Position numbers and translations under genes: made by a program | NCBI GenBank assembly: GCA_038087875.1 | Contig: CM075987.1 | Location: 19,594,001-19,658,000, forward strand | Source of the DNA: Malacoraja senta | Taxonomy: Eukaryota | Reading direction: 5' to 3' | Length of the DNA: 64,000 nt | Notes under the pieces: model-generated | Seen by the model: only the letters and a program-made list of their open reading frames with translations | Database searches by the model: none | What the model was told of the DNA's origin: nothing | Shown: piece by piece, positions 44,202 to 57,630 of the stretch | How the letters are laid out: each line of letters starts with the position of its first letter | Position numbering within the stretch: position 1 is the first letter of the stretch

Positions 44202-47200
44202 TTTAGCGAGTCGAAACGATAGTTGGTTTCCAAACGAGCTTTATTGTTAAAGTGGTGAAAACAACGCAGATCATACAACAGCTAAACACAAAAGCTCTTA
44301 CCACAACGGTGGCCGAAAGTATGAATGAGGCTTGCCCAGAAAACGCACGAAAACAAAACCCCTCCCCACAGTCACATGACCGAGGTAGCCAACCGCATTG
44401 TTCAACTACCCAGTAGGTGCCGCTACAGGACCCCCCCCCCCCCCCCCAGAACCGGAGGTACGGAACCGAGCGGGGACCCATATGGAACGACCAGAACGTG
44501 TGGTCCGCGAAGGTGGGGCCGGCGTAACATGAGCTGCCGGAGAAACAGGGCCAGGAGGACGCGGAGGAAATGGCCGTACTCAGTATGGGGGGGGGGGGGG
44601 GGGGCGGCCGGCGGCCGACCTCTATGTCGCGGTGCAGCAACGACCACCGGCTGTCCACATCCACGTGGGCGGGTTTGAGATGGCCGACGGAGATGAACTC
44701 CTCCCGGCCTCCCACGTCCACCGTGAACGTGGCGACTCCGGCTCGCAGCACCTGGAAAGGCCCTTCATAGACCCGTTGTAATGGCGAGCGGTGAGCGTCT
44801 CTGCAGATGAAAACATAGGCACACTGTTGTAACACCGCGGGCACATGCACTGCAGACGAACCGTGCCTGGAAGCGGGAACAGGGGCCAACGTGCTCACCC
44901 ATTCTCGAAGGCCGTTCAGCAGTGCCGGGGCTGATGTGACTTGACCGCGGGCGGCAGGCAGAAAATCCCCGGGCACCCGCAGGGCCGAGCCGTACACGAG
45001 CTCGGCCGAGGAAGCAGCCAAATCCTCCTTAGGTGCGGTGCGTATACCAAGGAGGACCCAGGGCAGTTGGTCCACCCAGTCCGTGCCCGTAAGCCGAGCT
45101 TTCAGCGCCGACTTAAGGTGCCATTGGAACCTTTCGACCAGCCCATTGGCCGGCGGGTGGTAGGCGGTCGTATGGTGCAACCGGGCACCGTAGAGCTGGG
45201 CTAGGGCAGACCACAAGGAAGAGGTGAACTGGGTCCCCCGGTCGGTGGAAATGTCAGAGGGCACCCCAAACCTGGCGATCCAGTGGGCCGCCATAGCCCG
45301 AGCGCAAGCCGCGGCGGAAGTATCAGTAATTGGGATCGCCTCTGGCCACCCCGTGAAACGGTCCATGATGGTGAGCAGGTGCATGGGACTGCGGGACTGT
45401 ACCTGAAATGCTTGATGGCCAGGTACAGCGTTAGAAGCTCACGGTCGAAAGCGCTGTAGTTGCATTCTGGAGCCCGCAGCTGACGACTGAAAATGGCCAA
45501 GAGCTGCCAGCGGCCGTCAACAAGCTGCTCCAGAACACCACCTACAGCAGCATCCGAGGCGTCTACGGTGAGCGCGGAAGGGGCGGAAGCACGTGGGTGC
45601 ACCAACATGGTAGCGTTTACCAGGGCTGCCTTGGCACCCTCGAAATAGGCGTACACCTCCTCGGACCACACGAGGTCCCGCGGTTTACCCGCCAGGCACC
45701 GGAACAGGGGGCTCACGATGTCAACAGCTGCCGGCACAAAACGGTGATAAAAATTCACCATGCCGACAAACTCCTTTAGCCCCTTCACGGTGAGCGGCCG
45801 GGGGAACTGCCGGATGGCCTCGACCTTCGCGGGGTGCGGGGTAGCGCCTTGCAGGGTGACACTGTGCCCCAGGAAGGAGATGGAGCGGAGGACAAACTGG
45901 CATTTTGCGGGGTTAATGACGAGGCCGTGTTCGCGGAGGCGCTGAAATAAAACCCGGAGGTGGGTGACGTGCTCCACTTGAAAGGCGCTGGCGACCAGAA
46001 TGTCGTCCAAATAAATGAACATGAAAGGCAGACCCCGTCCGACCTGGTCCATCAGCCGCTGGAATGCCTGTTTTTGGAACATCATCAGGGTTAACGGGGA
46101 TTTTGTTATAACCCCGAACGAGGTCAACCTTGGAAAAGAAAGCGGCGCCCTCGAGGTGCGCGGAGAAGTCCTGAATATGAGGCACCGGAAAGCGGTCCTC
46201 TGTGGTCATTGCGTTTAGGTGCCGGTAATCACCGCATGATCTTCACCCCCCTAGATGCTTTCGGGACCATATGCAGCGGGGAGGCCCACAGGCTGTCGGA
46301 CCGCCGGACAATCCCCATGTCCTCCATCACTTGAAATTCATCACGGGCGATGCACAGTTAGTCGGCGGGAGGCGGCGTGCCCGAGCATGCACCGGAGGGC
46401 CCTCGGTGGTGATGCACGACCCCGTGTTTAGGAGCCACCCCGCTGAAACGGGGTGTAAGGAGCTCAGGAAAATCCGAGAGCAGGGCGGCGTAAGGACCAT
46501 CGACTTCGGCGACAGCATTGAGCTGCTGAGCGCAATGGAACCGATGGCCGATCGCGGAGTCATGCAACCACCCCGTAAATCGACGATGAGGGAGAAGGCG
46601 GAAATCAGCTCCCAAGAGCGGCTGAGCGACGTCTGCCACAATAAACGTCCACTCGTACGGACTGGAATCGAAGGTAAGTGCAAGGGTCCGCGTACCGTAC
46701 GTTCGGATGGTGCTCCCATTAATGGCAGTGAGTACAGGGCCCTGCTTACCAGCACAAGTGTCGCGCCCGGTCGGAGGGAGGATTGCACCGGAGTCCACTA
46801 GGAAACGGCGGCCGGAGTGGCGGTCGCGGACATAGAGGCGGTTGTTTGGGCCGATCGTGATCGCCTCTACAGACGATTGGCCGAGGCATTTCCCTGAAAT
46901 GTACAGGGTGTGCGGCAGCGTCGAGCCTCCGCGCCATAGCGGAGGTGATAGTAACACCAACGGTGCCTACCGCGAGTCCCGGATCGTGGTTCAGTGCTGG
47001 AATTCATGGGCGGGGCCTCGACGCGGTCCCACGGAGGCGAACGGCGCGGAGGTGCAGACACGCGGTTAATGGCACCGCCATCTTGATGTTTCGTTAGCCA
47101 GAGTTCGTCGGCCCGTCCGGCGAGCTGCAGAGGATTGGCGAAATCCGCACCTGCGAGCATGAGGCGGACATCGTCTGGCATTTGCTCTAGGAATGCCTGC

Positions 47201-47877
47201 TCGAATAGCAGGCACGGGCGGTGGCCGTCCATTAACACGAGCATCTCGGCCATGAGGACCGACGGCTTGCGATCTCCCAAACCGTCCATGTGTAAAAGGC
47301 GGGCGGCGCGGTCCCCGTGGCTGAGCCCGAAAGTGTGCAGCAGTAGGGCCTTGAGGCCGTCATACTTGGCGGTCGCGGGTGGGTTCTGCAGAAAAGGCAG
47401 CAGACGGGAGGCTGATTCCTGCGACAGGGCTCCTACCATGAAAATACTTTGTCTCATCCGCGTCGATGCGGCGCAGATGGAACTGCGCTTCCACATGTGC
47501 AAACCACATTTGCGGCTGCTCAGCCCAAAACACCGGCAGCTGGAGGCTGACGGCGCTTTGATGGGCGTCGGGAACGGCGGCGGGAACTGAATCGTCCTGC
47601 ATATCGGCGTCCAATACCAATTGGGCGCATCAGGGTCACCAATTTAGCGAGTCGAAACGATAGTTGGTTTACAAACGAGCTTTATTGTTAAAGCGGTGAA
47701 AACAACGGAGATCATACAACAGCTAAACACAAAAGCTCTTACCACAATGGTAGTCGAAAGTATGAATGGGGCTTGCCCAGAAAATGCGCGAAAACAAAAC
47801 CCCTCCCCACAGTCACATGACCGAGGTAGCCAACCGCATGGTTCGACTACCCACTGGCACCAGCAGGTGCCGCTACA
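44202..47877 (-). mobile_element. CsRN1-like Ty3/Gypsy LTR retrotransposon, both LTRs present, internally deleted and frameshifted
   Basis: LTRs 44202-44427 and 47643-47877; TSD GTTC (44198-44201, 47878-47881); PBS TGGTGACC (tRNA-Trp type); G-rich PPT; gag CYYHLRYGAEARRC, DSG, YLDD, integrase TDRGTQF. Confidence 0.93.
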
Positions 47878-47992
47878 GTTCCATATAATCAGAGACAGGT
47901 GAATTTATAATGGGAAACAAAGAAATGGCAGAACAGTTAAATGAGTACTTTGGTTCTGTCTTCACTAAGGAAGACACAAACAATCTCCCAGC

Positions 47993-49040
47993 AACAATAC
48001 CCACCAAATGGCGCCATACGATGGCAGCCTCGCCAACAGTCTGCCTCGTCCTTTTCTTCTTTTGTTGTTTTTAGTCTGTTGTTAAATGGCAGATGGGGCT
48101 CTTCAGCCTGGGAAGGCAGTCCATCTAGGAGATGGAAAGCTCTGATTTAAAACCTCCACTGCCTTGTGGCCATATCCAGTCATGGAAAAGGCTCCTGGAG
48201 TAAACCTCAAGAAAATCCGGAGTCGGAGCCCCTAAGGCAGTTCGTCGTTGTCTACAACCTCGCTCTGGCAGCTCCTGCGACGGCGCTGGTGTCAAACTGT
48301 AACGGCCCTGCTGTTCCTTTGGATCGATCAGCGAACTGGAGAAGGGGGACGAGCTGCATGGGCAACAGCCTGCCCTCCATATGACATCGCCCAGGCTTGC
48401 ATCCGACCACACATCACCTGCAAACTAGAAACATGGTCAGTCATGACCGAGGGGGGCCTACTGGACTGCTGGTTGTTAAATGTATGTTTTAGTGTATCTT
48501 TAGTTTTTTATTATGTGGGAGGTGGGGGAAACTTTTTTAAATCTCCACAACGGAGATGTGACTTTTTCTGTATCGTATCTCTGTCCGCACTGCAGCCTAA
48601 CATCGTGGAGCTGGCGTTCCCTTTGTTGGCGATCAACTTCGGGTGCTTCAACCGCAGGAGCTTCGACCGTCCCGATCGCAGGAGCTTCGATCGCTGGCTG
48701 CGGGATCTTTGATCGCCCCGACTGCGGGAGAAAAGGAGGGAAGAAGATACCCGAAACATCACCTATTCCTTCGCTCCATAGATGCTTCCTCACCCGCTGA
48801 GTTTCTCCAGCATTTTTGTCTACCTTCAATTTTTCCAGCATCTGCAGTTCTTTCCTAAACATAAAAAGAAGAAGATAATACAGTATTGCCTTCCATCACA
48901 ATGCGCTGTGGTGGATGTTTACGTTAATTTTTATGTAGTTGTGTGTCTTGTTGATTTTTTGGTATGACTGTAAGGCAAATCAAATTCCTTGTATGTTTTT
49001 CCATACTTGGCTAATAAATTAATCACAATTACAATTACAA
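47993..49040 (+). mobile_element. Composite unclassified retroposon insertion with (CAATTA)n tail; includes a nested TSD-flanked insert and a Penelope 3' fragment (~48750-48862)
   Basis: Interrupts the CR1. Its 3' part (TTGCCTTCCATCACAATG...GTGGTGGATGTT...ATGACTG) recurs at ~30724-30832. Confidence 0.55.
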
Positions 49041-49843
49041 TCTAGTGGGAGGGAGGAACTGAAGGGAATCTACATTAGTCAGGAAATGGTGTTAGGTAAA
49101 CTGTTGGGACTGAAGGCAGATAAATCCCCAGGGCCTGATGGTCTGCAATCCAGAGTACTCAAGGAGGTGGCCCTAGAAATCGTGGATGCATTTGTGATCA
49201 TTTTCCAATGTTCTCTCAACTCTGGATCAGTTCCTGTGAATTGGAGGGTAGCCAATGTAACCCCACTTTTTAAGAAAGGAGGGAGAGAGAAAACGGGGAA
49301 TTATAGACCAGTTAGCCTTACATCGGTAGTGGGGAAGATGCTTGAGTTGATTGTTAAAGATGTTATAGCAGTGCATTTGGAAAGCAGTGACAAGATCAGT
49401 CAAAGTCAGCATGGATTTATGAATGGAAAATCATGCTTGACTAATCTAGAATTTGTTCAGGATGTAACAAGTAGAATGGATAAGGGAGAGCCAGTGGATG
49501 TAGTGTATATGGACTTTCAAAATGCCTTTGACAAGGTCCCACACAAGAGATTAGTGTGCAAAATTAGAGCACATGGTATTGGGGGTAGGTATTGACATGG
49601 ATAGAGAACTGGTTGGCAGACAGGAAGCAAAGAGTAGGAATTAACAGGTCCTTTTCAGAATGGCAGGCAGTGATTAGTGGGGTGCTGCAAGGCTCGATGC
49701 TGGGACACGTTATTTACAATATATATTAACGATTTAGATGAGGGAATTAAATGTGACATCTCCAAGTTTGCGGATGTCACAAAGCTGGGTGGCAGTGTGA
49801 GCTGCGATGAGGATGCTATGAGGCTGCAGGGTGACTTGGTTAG

Positions 49844-50402
49844 ACAATAAACAATAGACAATAGACAATAGGTGTAGGAGTAGGCCATTTGGCCCTTCGT
49901 GCCAGCATCGCCATTCAATGTGATCATGGCTGATCATCCCCAATCCCCGTTCCTGCCTTCTCCCCATATCCCCTGACTCCGCTATTTTTAAGAGCCCTAT
50001 CTAGCTCTCTCTTGAAAGCATCCAGAGAACCTGCCTCCACCGCCCTCTGAGGCAGAGAATTCCACAGACTCACCACTCTCTGTGAGAAAAAGTGTTTCCT
50101 CGTCTCCGTTCTAAATGGCTTACTCCCTATTCTTAAACTGTGGCCCCTGGTTCTGGACTCCCCCAACATCGGGAACATGTTTCCTGCCTCTAGCATGTCC
50201 AAGCCCTTAACAATCTTATATGTTTCAATGAGATCCCCTCTCATCCTTCTAAACTCCAGAGTGTACAAGCCCAGCTGCTCCATTCTCTCAGCATATGAGA
50301 GTCCCGCCATCCCGGGAATTAACCTTGTAAACCAACGCTGCACTCCCTCAATAGCAAGAATGTCCTTCCTCAAATTAGGGGACCAAAACTGCACACAATT
50401 AC
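49844..50402 (-). mobile_element. 5'-truncated CR1 inserted antisense into the CR1
   Basis: TSD GTTAG (49839-49843, 50403-50407); (TCTATTG)n tail; near-identical to 10427-10970. Confidence 0.88.
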
Positions 50403-52333
50403 GTTAGGTTGGGTGAGTGGGCAGATGCATGGCAGATGCAGTATAATGTGGATAAATGTGAGGTTATCCACTTTGGTGGCAAGAACAGGAAGGCAGATTG
50501 TTATCTGGTGTCATATTAGGAAAAGGGGAGGCGCAACGAGACCTGGGTTTGCTTGTACATCAGTCACTGAAAGTAAGCATGCAGGTACAGCAGGCAGTGA
50601 AGAAAGCTAATGGCATGTTGGCCTTCATTGCACGAGGATTTGAGTTTAGGAGCATATAGGAGATTTGAGGTTTTGAATTGAGATCCCACTGCAGTTCTAC
50701 AGGGCCCTTGTGAGACCGGACCTGCAGCATTGTGTGCAATTTTGGTCTCCTAATTAGTGAATTGACATTATTGCTATTGAGGGAGTGCAACGTAGGTTTA
50801 CCAAGTTAATTCCCGGGATGGCGGGTCTGACATATGATGAAAGAATGGGTCAACTGGGATTGTATTCACTGCAATTTAGGATGAGAGGGACTCTTTTAGA
50901 AATATATAAAATTCTTAAAGGATTGGACAGGCTAGATGCAGGAAACATGTTCCCAATGTTGGGGGTGTCCAGAACCAGGGGTCACAGTTTAAGAATAAGG
51001 GGTATGCTATTTGGGATTGAGATGAAAAAAAACGTCTTCACCCAGAGATTTGTGAATCTGTGGAATTCTCTTCCATTGAAGACTGTGGAGGCAAATTCAC
51101 TGGATGTTAACTCTGTTGTCTGAATCCAGTGATTTATCGAACACAACAAAGTGTGTGATAAATTTAACTCTTGGGGCTAAAGGAAACAAGGGATATGGGG
51201 AAAAAGCAGGAACGAGGTACTAATTTTAGATGATCAGCCATGATAATGTTGAATGGAGGTGCAGGCTTGAAGGGCCAAATGACCTACTCCTGCACCTATT
51301 TTTCTATGTTTCTATCCACTAAGCTAAATTTCGCAGATCCATGCCCTCCAATAACCAATGAGGAAGTGAACAACATTCTGTTAACTGATTAAGATGATCA
51401 TTGACTATCAGCTAAACACAATTATTATCATTAAGAAAGGTATTGAAGAAGAATCATTGAATACCTCTGTGATTTTTCACCTTGGTTGTCTTTGTATCGA
51501 CATTACATCTGATCTAAAACAACTGTAAGAACTCAGTGGGTGTTGCAGTATCCGTGGAGGCAAAGGGATGGTCATTGTTTCGGCTGATCTCCCTCGCAAG
51601 AGCATCATTTTGTATTCTCTCCATTCTTTTATCATCTAGAGAACCCCAGCCTGTGCACTATTTCCTGGTAGGTATAACATCTCATTTCTGCTATCATCTA
51701 ATTAAATCTTTTGTTCTCACAATATCTTTTGTTCAATCTGTATCAATTTTTTCTTCTTAATTGACCGTGCCTTTCTAAGTGTGATCTAACCAAGATTCTA
51801 TCCAGGAAAACTTATCTGATTTTCAAGTACAGTCCTCTTTTAACTTTGAGTAAATTTGCAGATTCGTAGTCTCCAGATCCTTCATTTCTAGTGCACAGAC
51901 AAAGAATGTAGCACCAGTCACTTACAGTATTCCACATTGATGCATTCCATTTCATTCCTGCATATAAAATTATTAACTTTAATGAGCAAAGTGAAAACTG
52001 AAACATTTTTGGCACCAATAATGCACTCAAGATTTTGACAGTATATCAAGTAAGTTAGAGGTCAAATCTGTTTCTACGCAGCAGTGAATTTGTGCACACT
52101 AGAATCCTAAAATAGAATTAAGATAAATACCGATCATCTGGTCTTAGTGGTAATGGATAAATGTTGGGCAGGCATGAAGGACTTTACCTGCTTCACTGGA
52201 AATGGCACGGTGAGATTTTTTTCATCCCTTTGACCTCTGAGATGCCAACTTAGATGATATGCTTAAGTCTCCGACCTATGACTTTCTGACTTAAGCGACT
52301 GAGGTACTATTGACTGAGCCAAGGGAACAATTA

Positions 52334-53972
52334 CAGTGCCCTCCATAATGTTTAGGACAAAGACCCATCATTTATTTATTTGCCTTTGTACTCCACAATT
52401 TGAGATTTGTAATAGAAAAAAAATCACGTGGTTAAAATGCACATTGTCAGATTTTATTAAAGGATATTTTGACACATTTTGGTTTCACCATGTAGAAATT
52501 ACAACTGTGTTTATACATAGTCCCCCCCCCCCCCCCCCATTTCAGGGCACCATCATGTTTGGGACACATAGCTTCACAGGTGTTTGTAATTGCTCAGGTG
52601 TGTTTAATTGCCTCCTTAATGCAGGTATAAGAGAGCTCTCAGCACCTCGTCTTTCTTCCAGTCTTTCCATCACCTTTGGAAACTTTTATTGCTGTTTATC
52701 AACATGAGGACCAAAGCTGTGCCAATGAAAGTCAAAGAAGCCATTATGAGATTGAGAAACAAGAATAAAACTGTTAGAGACATCAGCCAAACCTTAGGAT
52801 GACCAAAATCAACTGTTTGGAACATCATTAAGAAGAAAGAGAGCACTGGTCAGCTTACTAATCGCAAAGGGACTGGCAGACCAAGGAAGACCTCCACAGC
52901 TGATGACAGAAGAATTCTCTCTATCATAAAGAAAAATCCCCAAGCACCTGTCCGACAGATCAGAAACACTCTTCAGGAGTCAGGTGTGGATTTGTCAATG
53001 ATCACTGTCCGCAGAAGACTACATGAACAGAAATACAGAGGCAACATTGCAAGACCCAAACCACTGGTTTGCCACAAGAATAGGATGGCCAGGTTACAGT
53101 TTGCCAAGAAGTACTTAAAAGAGCAACTACAATTCTGGAAAAAGGTATTGTGGACAGATGAGATGAAGATTAACATATCAAAGTGATGGCAAGAGCAAAG
53201 TATGGAGGAGAGAAGGAACTGCCCAAGATCCAAAGGATACCACCTCATCTGTGAAACACGGTGGTGGGGGTGTTATGGCCTGGGCATGTAAGGCTGCTGA
53301 AGGTACTGGCTCGCTTATCTTCATTGATGATGCAACTGCTGATGGTAGTAACATAATGAATTCTGAAGTGTATAGACACATCCTATCTTCTCAAATTCAA
53401 ACAAATGCCTCAAAGCTCATTGGCCGGCGGTTCATTCTACGGCAAGTCAATGATCCCAAACATACTGCTAAAGCAATAAATGAGTTTTTCAAAGCTAAAA
53501 AATGGTAAATTCTTGAGTGGCCAAGTCAATCACCCGATCTGAACCCAATTGAGCAAGCCTTTTATATGCTGAAGGGAAAACTGAAGGGGACTAGCCCCAA
53601 AACAAGCATAAGCTAAAGATGGCTGCAATACAGGCCTGGCAGAGCATCACCAGAGAAGCCACCCGGCAACTGGTGTTTCCATGAATCGCAGATTTCAAGC
53701 AGTAATTGCATGCAAATGATATGTAACAAAATACTAAACATGACTACTTTCATTTACATGACATAGCTGTGTCACAAACATTATGGTGCGCTGAAATGGG
53801 GGGGACTATGTATAAACACTACATGGTGAAATCAAAATGTATAAAAATGGCCCATATTAAATCTGACAATGTGCACTTTAACCTTTTTTTCTATTACAAA
53901 TCTCAAAGTGTGGAGTACAGAGGCAAATAAATAAATGTTGGGTCTTTGTCCCAAACATTATGAAGGGCACTG
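52334..53972 (+). mobile_element. Full-length Tc1 transposon copy 2 (1639 bp, IR/DR TIRs), transposase pseudogene
   Basis: TA|CAGTGCCCTCCATAATG ... GGGCACTG|TA; transposase from ATG ~52704 with stops and frameshifts (GRPRK, WTDE, DPKH, SPDLNPIE). Confidence 0.93.
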
Positions 53973-53987
53973 TAAATCAGTTCTGAT

Positions 53988-54846
53988 TCAAGTCAAGAGT
54001 GAAGAGTGTTTTATTGTCATATGTCCCTGATAGAACAATGACATTCTTACTTGCTGCAGCACAACAGAATATGTAATCATAATAAATAATATAACAAAAA
54101 CTTAGAAAAAAAGAACAAACAATAACAGTGCAATAATAATAATAATAATAGTCTATTGTAGTTCATAGCTTATGAGGTTCTAGTGTTTAATAGGCTGATG
54201 GCTGTAGGGAAGAAGCTGATCCTGAACCTGGACGTTACAGTTCTCAGGCTCCTGTACCTTCATCCCGATGGCAATGGTGACCAGGATGGTGTTGGTCTTT
54301 GATGATGTTGGCTGCCTATTTGAGGCAGAGACTATGATAGATCCCTTCGATAGTGGGGAGGTCAGAGCCGGTTGGCCTGGGCAGTGTTTACAACTTTTTG
54401 CAGTCTTTTCCGCTCCTGGACGTTCAAGTTGCCGAACCAGGCCATGATGCAACCAGTCAGTATGCTCTCTACTGTGCACCTGTAGAAGTTCAAGAGAATC
54501 CTCTTTGACATACGGAATCTCCGTAATCTTCTCAGGAAGTAGAGGTGCTGATGTGCTTACTTTATGATGGCATTAGTGTGCTGAGTCCAGGAAAGATCGT
54601 CGGAAATATGCATGCCCAGAAATGTGAAGTTTTTGACTCTCTCCACCATTGTCCCATTGATGTAAACAGGATTCCGGGTCCTCATCCTTCCTCTTCCAAA
54701 GTCCACAATCAGTTCTTTGGTTTTGCTGATATTGAGAGCCAGGTTGTTGTGCTGGCACCATATGGTCAGTCGGTTGATCTCACTTCTATATTCTGACTCA
54801 TCGCCATCTGTAATTCGTCCCACAGCGGTGGTGTCGTCAGCGAAGT
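53988..54846 (-). mobile_element. Rex1/Babar-like non-LTR retrotransposon, 3' fragment
   Basis: FADDTTAVGRITDGDESEYRSEI...NNLALNISKTKELIVDF; (CTTGA)-type tail. Confidence 0.8.
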
Positions 54847-55329
54847 ATTGGGGTCCCAACAGTCCATATAGGAAACTCTTGTCTCAGACAGTTCGGAACA
54901 TATTTTTCAATTTAAGCAGTCAACCACGTTCTTAGTCAAGGCAGCTATATGGTGCAAAAGCCACGATGTAGCACTAAAATGTCCAGACTATCCATCAAGC
55001 CCAAAATACTGTGAGCGTTATGTCCCCTGAGGTAATAGAATATGCACATCTGGCACTGATTGAAGGTATCCTCATAGGGTTAAGTCTTTCACATAACTAG
55101 AAACATACTTCATCAAAACAATGTTGTATATGGGAATTCGATTATATAACCACTTTAATCAGCAGAGCATTCATAAAATAAATTGGGGGCGGAGAGAGTG
55201 CAGATAGAGGAAGGTAAACAAAATTGTGTAAAAATTTTCCAAACCTGGACATCTGCTCAGTGCCAAAATGCCAGGACCTCACCAAAGCGTGGTCTGAAGC
55301 TAAAAGTCAGTGTTAATATTTTTTTGGTA

Positions 55330-55860
55330 TTGGTTAATTACTGTCACGGGCACTGATATACAGTGCAAACTTTTGTGTTGCATGCTATCCGGACAGATCA
55401 AACCATAAATAAGTACATCATGTAGTGCAAAAGAGAAAATAAACACAGTGCAGAATGTAGGGTTAATGCTACAGAGAAAGGGCAGATTTTAAAAAAGGTT
55501 TAAAGCTATTAAGGAGGTAGATTGGAAGATCTGGAATTTATCCCTATCATTTGATAAGTCCGTTCAAGAGTCTGAGAACAGTGGGGAAGAAGCTGTTGTT
55601 GAATTTGGTGGTACATGCTCTCAAGCTTTTGTACCTTCTGCTCAATGAGAGAAGGGAGAAGAGAGAATGACCAGGATGTGAAAGTATAGATGGAGTCGAT
55701 GGGGACAGGATGGTGGAGAGAGACTGGTTCTTATGATGGTTTTGGCAAAGTTCACAGTTCTCTGCAATTTCTTGCAGTCTTGGGCAGAGTAATTACCATT
55801 CCTAGTTGTGATGCACCCAGATAGGGTGCTTTCTGTGGTGCATTTATAGAAATTGGTAAG
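55330..55860 (-). mobile_element. Old Rex1/Babar-like 3' fragment
   Basis: Degenerate match to 54180-54500 (NFYKCTTESTLSGCIT...KKLQRTV). Confidence 0.55.
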
Positions 55861-56809
55861 TCTCAAGATCGCAAATACACAATTGAAATATACAGGAGAA
55901 TGGTTTGGGCCCACTGTATTACCACAATAGTTAGACATCAAAAACACTTCAGTAAAGTGTCTTGGGCCTAAGGTGCGGCAATAGGTATTACAGATATGCA
56001 TGTATTCTTTCTTTGCAATGAGTCTGCTGCATTGTTTCTCTTTGCTACATTTTTGTACTCTGGTCCCATTTCAGTACAACGTTTGCATTTCCCCGAGTTC
56101 TTCATCATTGCTGCTCTTTAAAACACTCTAATATGGATTTACAGGGACAGTGTATATTGCATGTTTCAAGCACCTCCTGACCCATCTGTGAAAATATCTG
56201 TGGTTCCTCATCCATCTCATCAGAATCCACAGAAGTGGCATGGATGCAAGTTATCCCCTAACCTGAGGGACTGCTTAAGTAAAACACCTCCACTTGGGCC
56301 AAGTGTTTCAATTAGAAATTTGCTTTCAAAAGTTTTAAAATCAAGACTCAGTTTAAAATTTGAACACAAATGTCTAACACCTCTCCTCTGTAAATTAAAA
56401 TAAAAACACAAACAAAATCGTTTCATATAATATGAATGATGCTGTTTCTTCTGAAATAACCACGAGCTATTAATCAATTCCAGTGTCAGTATTGCTGATC
56501 TTTTCTCATGAATGAGGCAGAGAATCCATTAAGAGTCATAGAGCCATGAAGATGAACAGCATGGATACAGGCCCATTGGCCCACCTTGGTCATACAGACC
56601 AAGTTAGTATTTTTAAACATATACACGACTGAAATGTTAAACACAAAATACGTAGTTTATTGTGATTTCCAAAGAAAAAAATATTCGCATTCAGATAACA
56701 AAATCCTCATACCTCATCAACCAGTCCCAGGTGTTTTATGCACACCAAAAACAAATGAAGCCTCAATTTTGAAAACTGTTCAATTTACAAGTCACGTTGC
56801 AGCTTTATA

Positions 56810-57630
56810 AAACTTTGGTTAATCTGCATTTGGAAGTTTGTGTACAGTTCTGGTCGTCCAATTCCAGGAAGGATGTGGGAGAGGGTGTGAAAGCGGTTCA
56901 CCAAAATGCTGCCTGGATTAGAGGTTATTACCTATAAAGGAGAAGTTGGACAAACTTGGATTGCTTTTTCTGGAGCATTGGAGTCTGAGGGGAGACCTTA
57001 TAGAAGTACATTAAATTATGAGAGGCATAGATAGGGCAGAAGGTCAGAATCTTTTTCCCAGGATGGAAATGGCAAAGACCTGTCCCACAGTACGAGTTCA
57101 TTCCAAGAGCTCTCCCGAGTTTGCCCTGATTCGAACTTGGAGATTTACGGTAATGGCCACTCGTCGGTACTCGGGGCTCTCGTGGACATTTTTCAACAAG
57201 TTGAATAATCTTCACGACTCTTCCCGTACTTACCTGCCGTTAACGAATCTTCCCGAGTACCTGCCGTTAGCGTAACGAACCGCTAAGAGACGTCCCCGAG
57301 CTCCGACGTACCCGCTACGTTCGTTCTCCGTGCTTACCACGAGTTTAATTGTTTTTAAACTCGGGAGAGCTCTTGGAATGAACTCGTACCGTGGGACAGG
57401 GCTATAAAAGTTTAAGGTGAGAAGGACAAAGTTTAAAGAAGATGTGCGGGGCAATTTTCTTTAGCACAGAATGATGAGTGCCACCTGGAATGGTGGTGGA
57501 AACAGATGCAATAGTGACGTTTAGATTTTTTAAGAGGTTTTTAGATAGGTACATGAATATGCTGGGAATGGAGGGATAGGGGTCACATGCAGGCAGAAGA
57601 AATTGGTTTAATTTGGTATCATGTTCTATA
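56810..57630 (+). mobile_element. Old CR1 3' fragment interrupted by a Harbinger-like MITE
   Basis: Degenerate CR1 ORF2 end (GGGAGACCTTATAGAAGTACATTAAATTATGAGAGGCATAGATAGG). Confidence 0.65.
57079..57403. mobile_element. PIF/Harbinger-like MITE
   Basis: ~44-bp near-perfect TIRs CCTGTCCCACAGTACGAGTTCATTCCAAGAGCTCTCCCGAGTTT; same terminal motif as 63235-63481. Confidence 0.75.

Larger units (their letters stand above)
43800..51316 (+). mobile_element. Degenerate CR1 LINE ORF2 and 3' end, host to several nested insertions
   Basis: Segments 43800-44201, 47878-47992, 49041-49843 and 50403-51316 are colinear with CR1 40650-42890. Confidence 0.85.
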
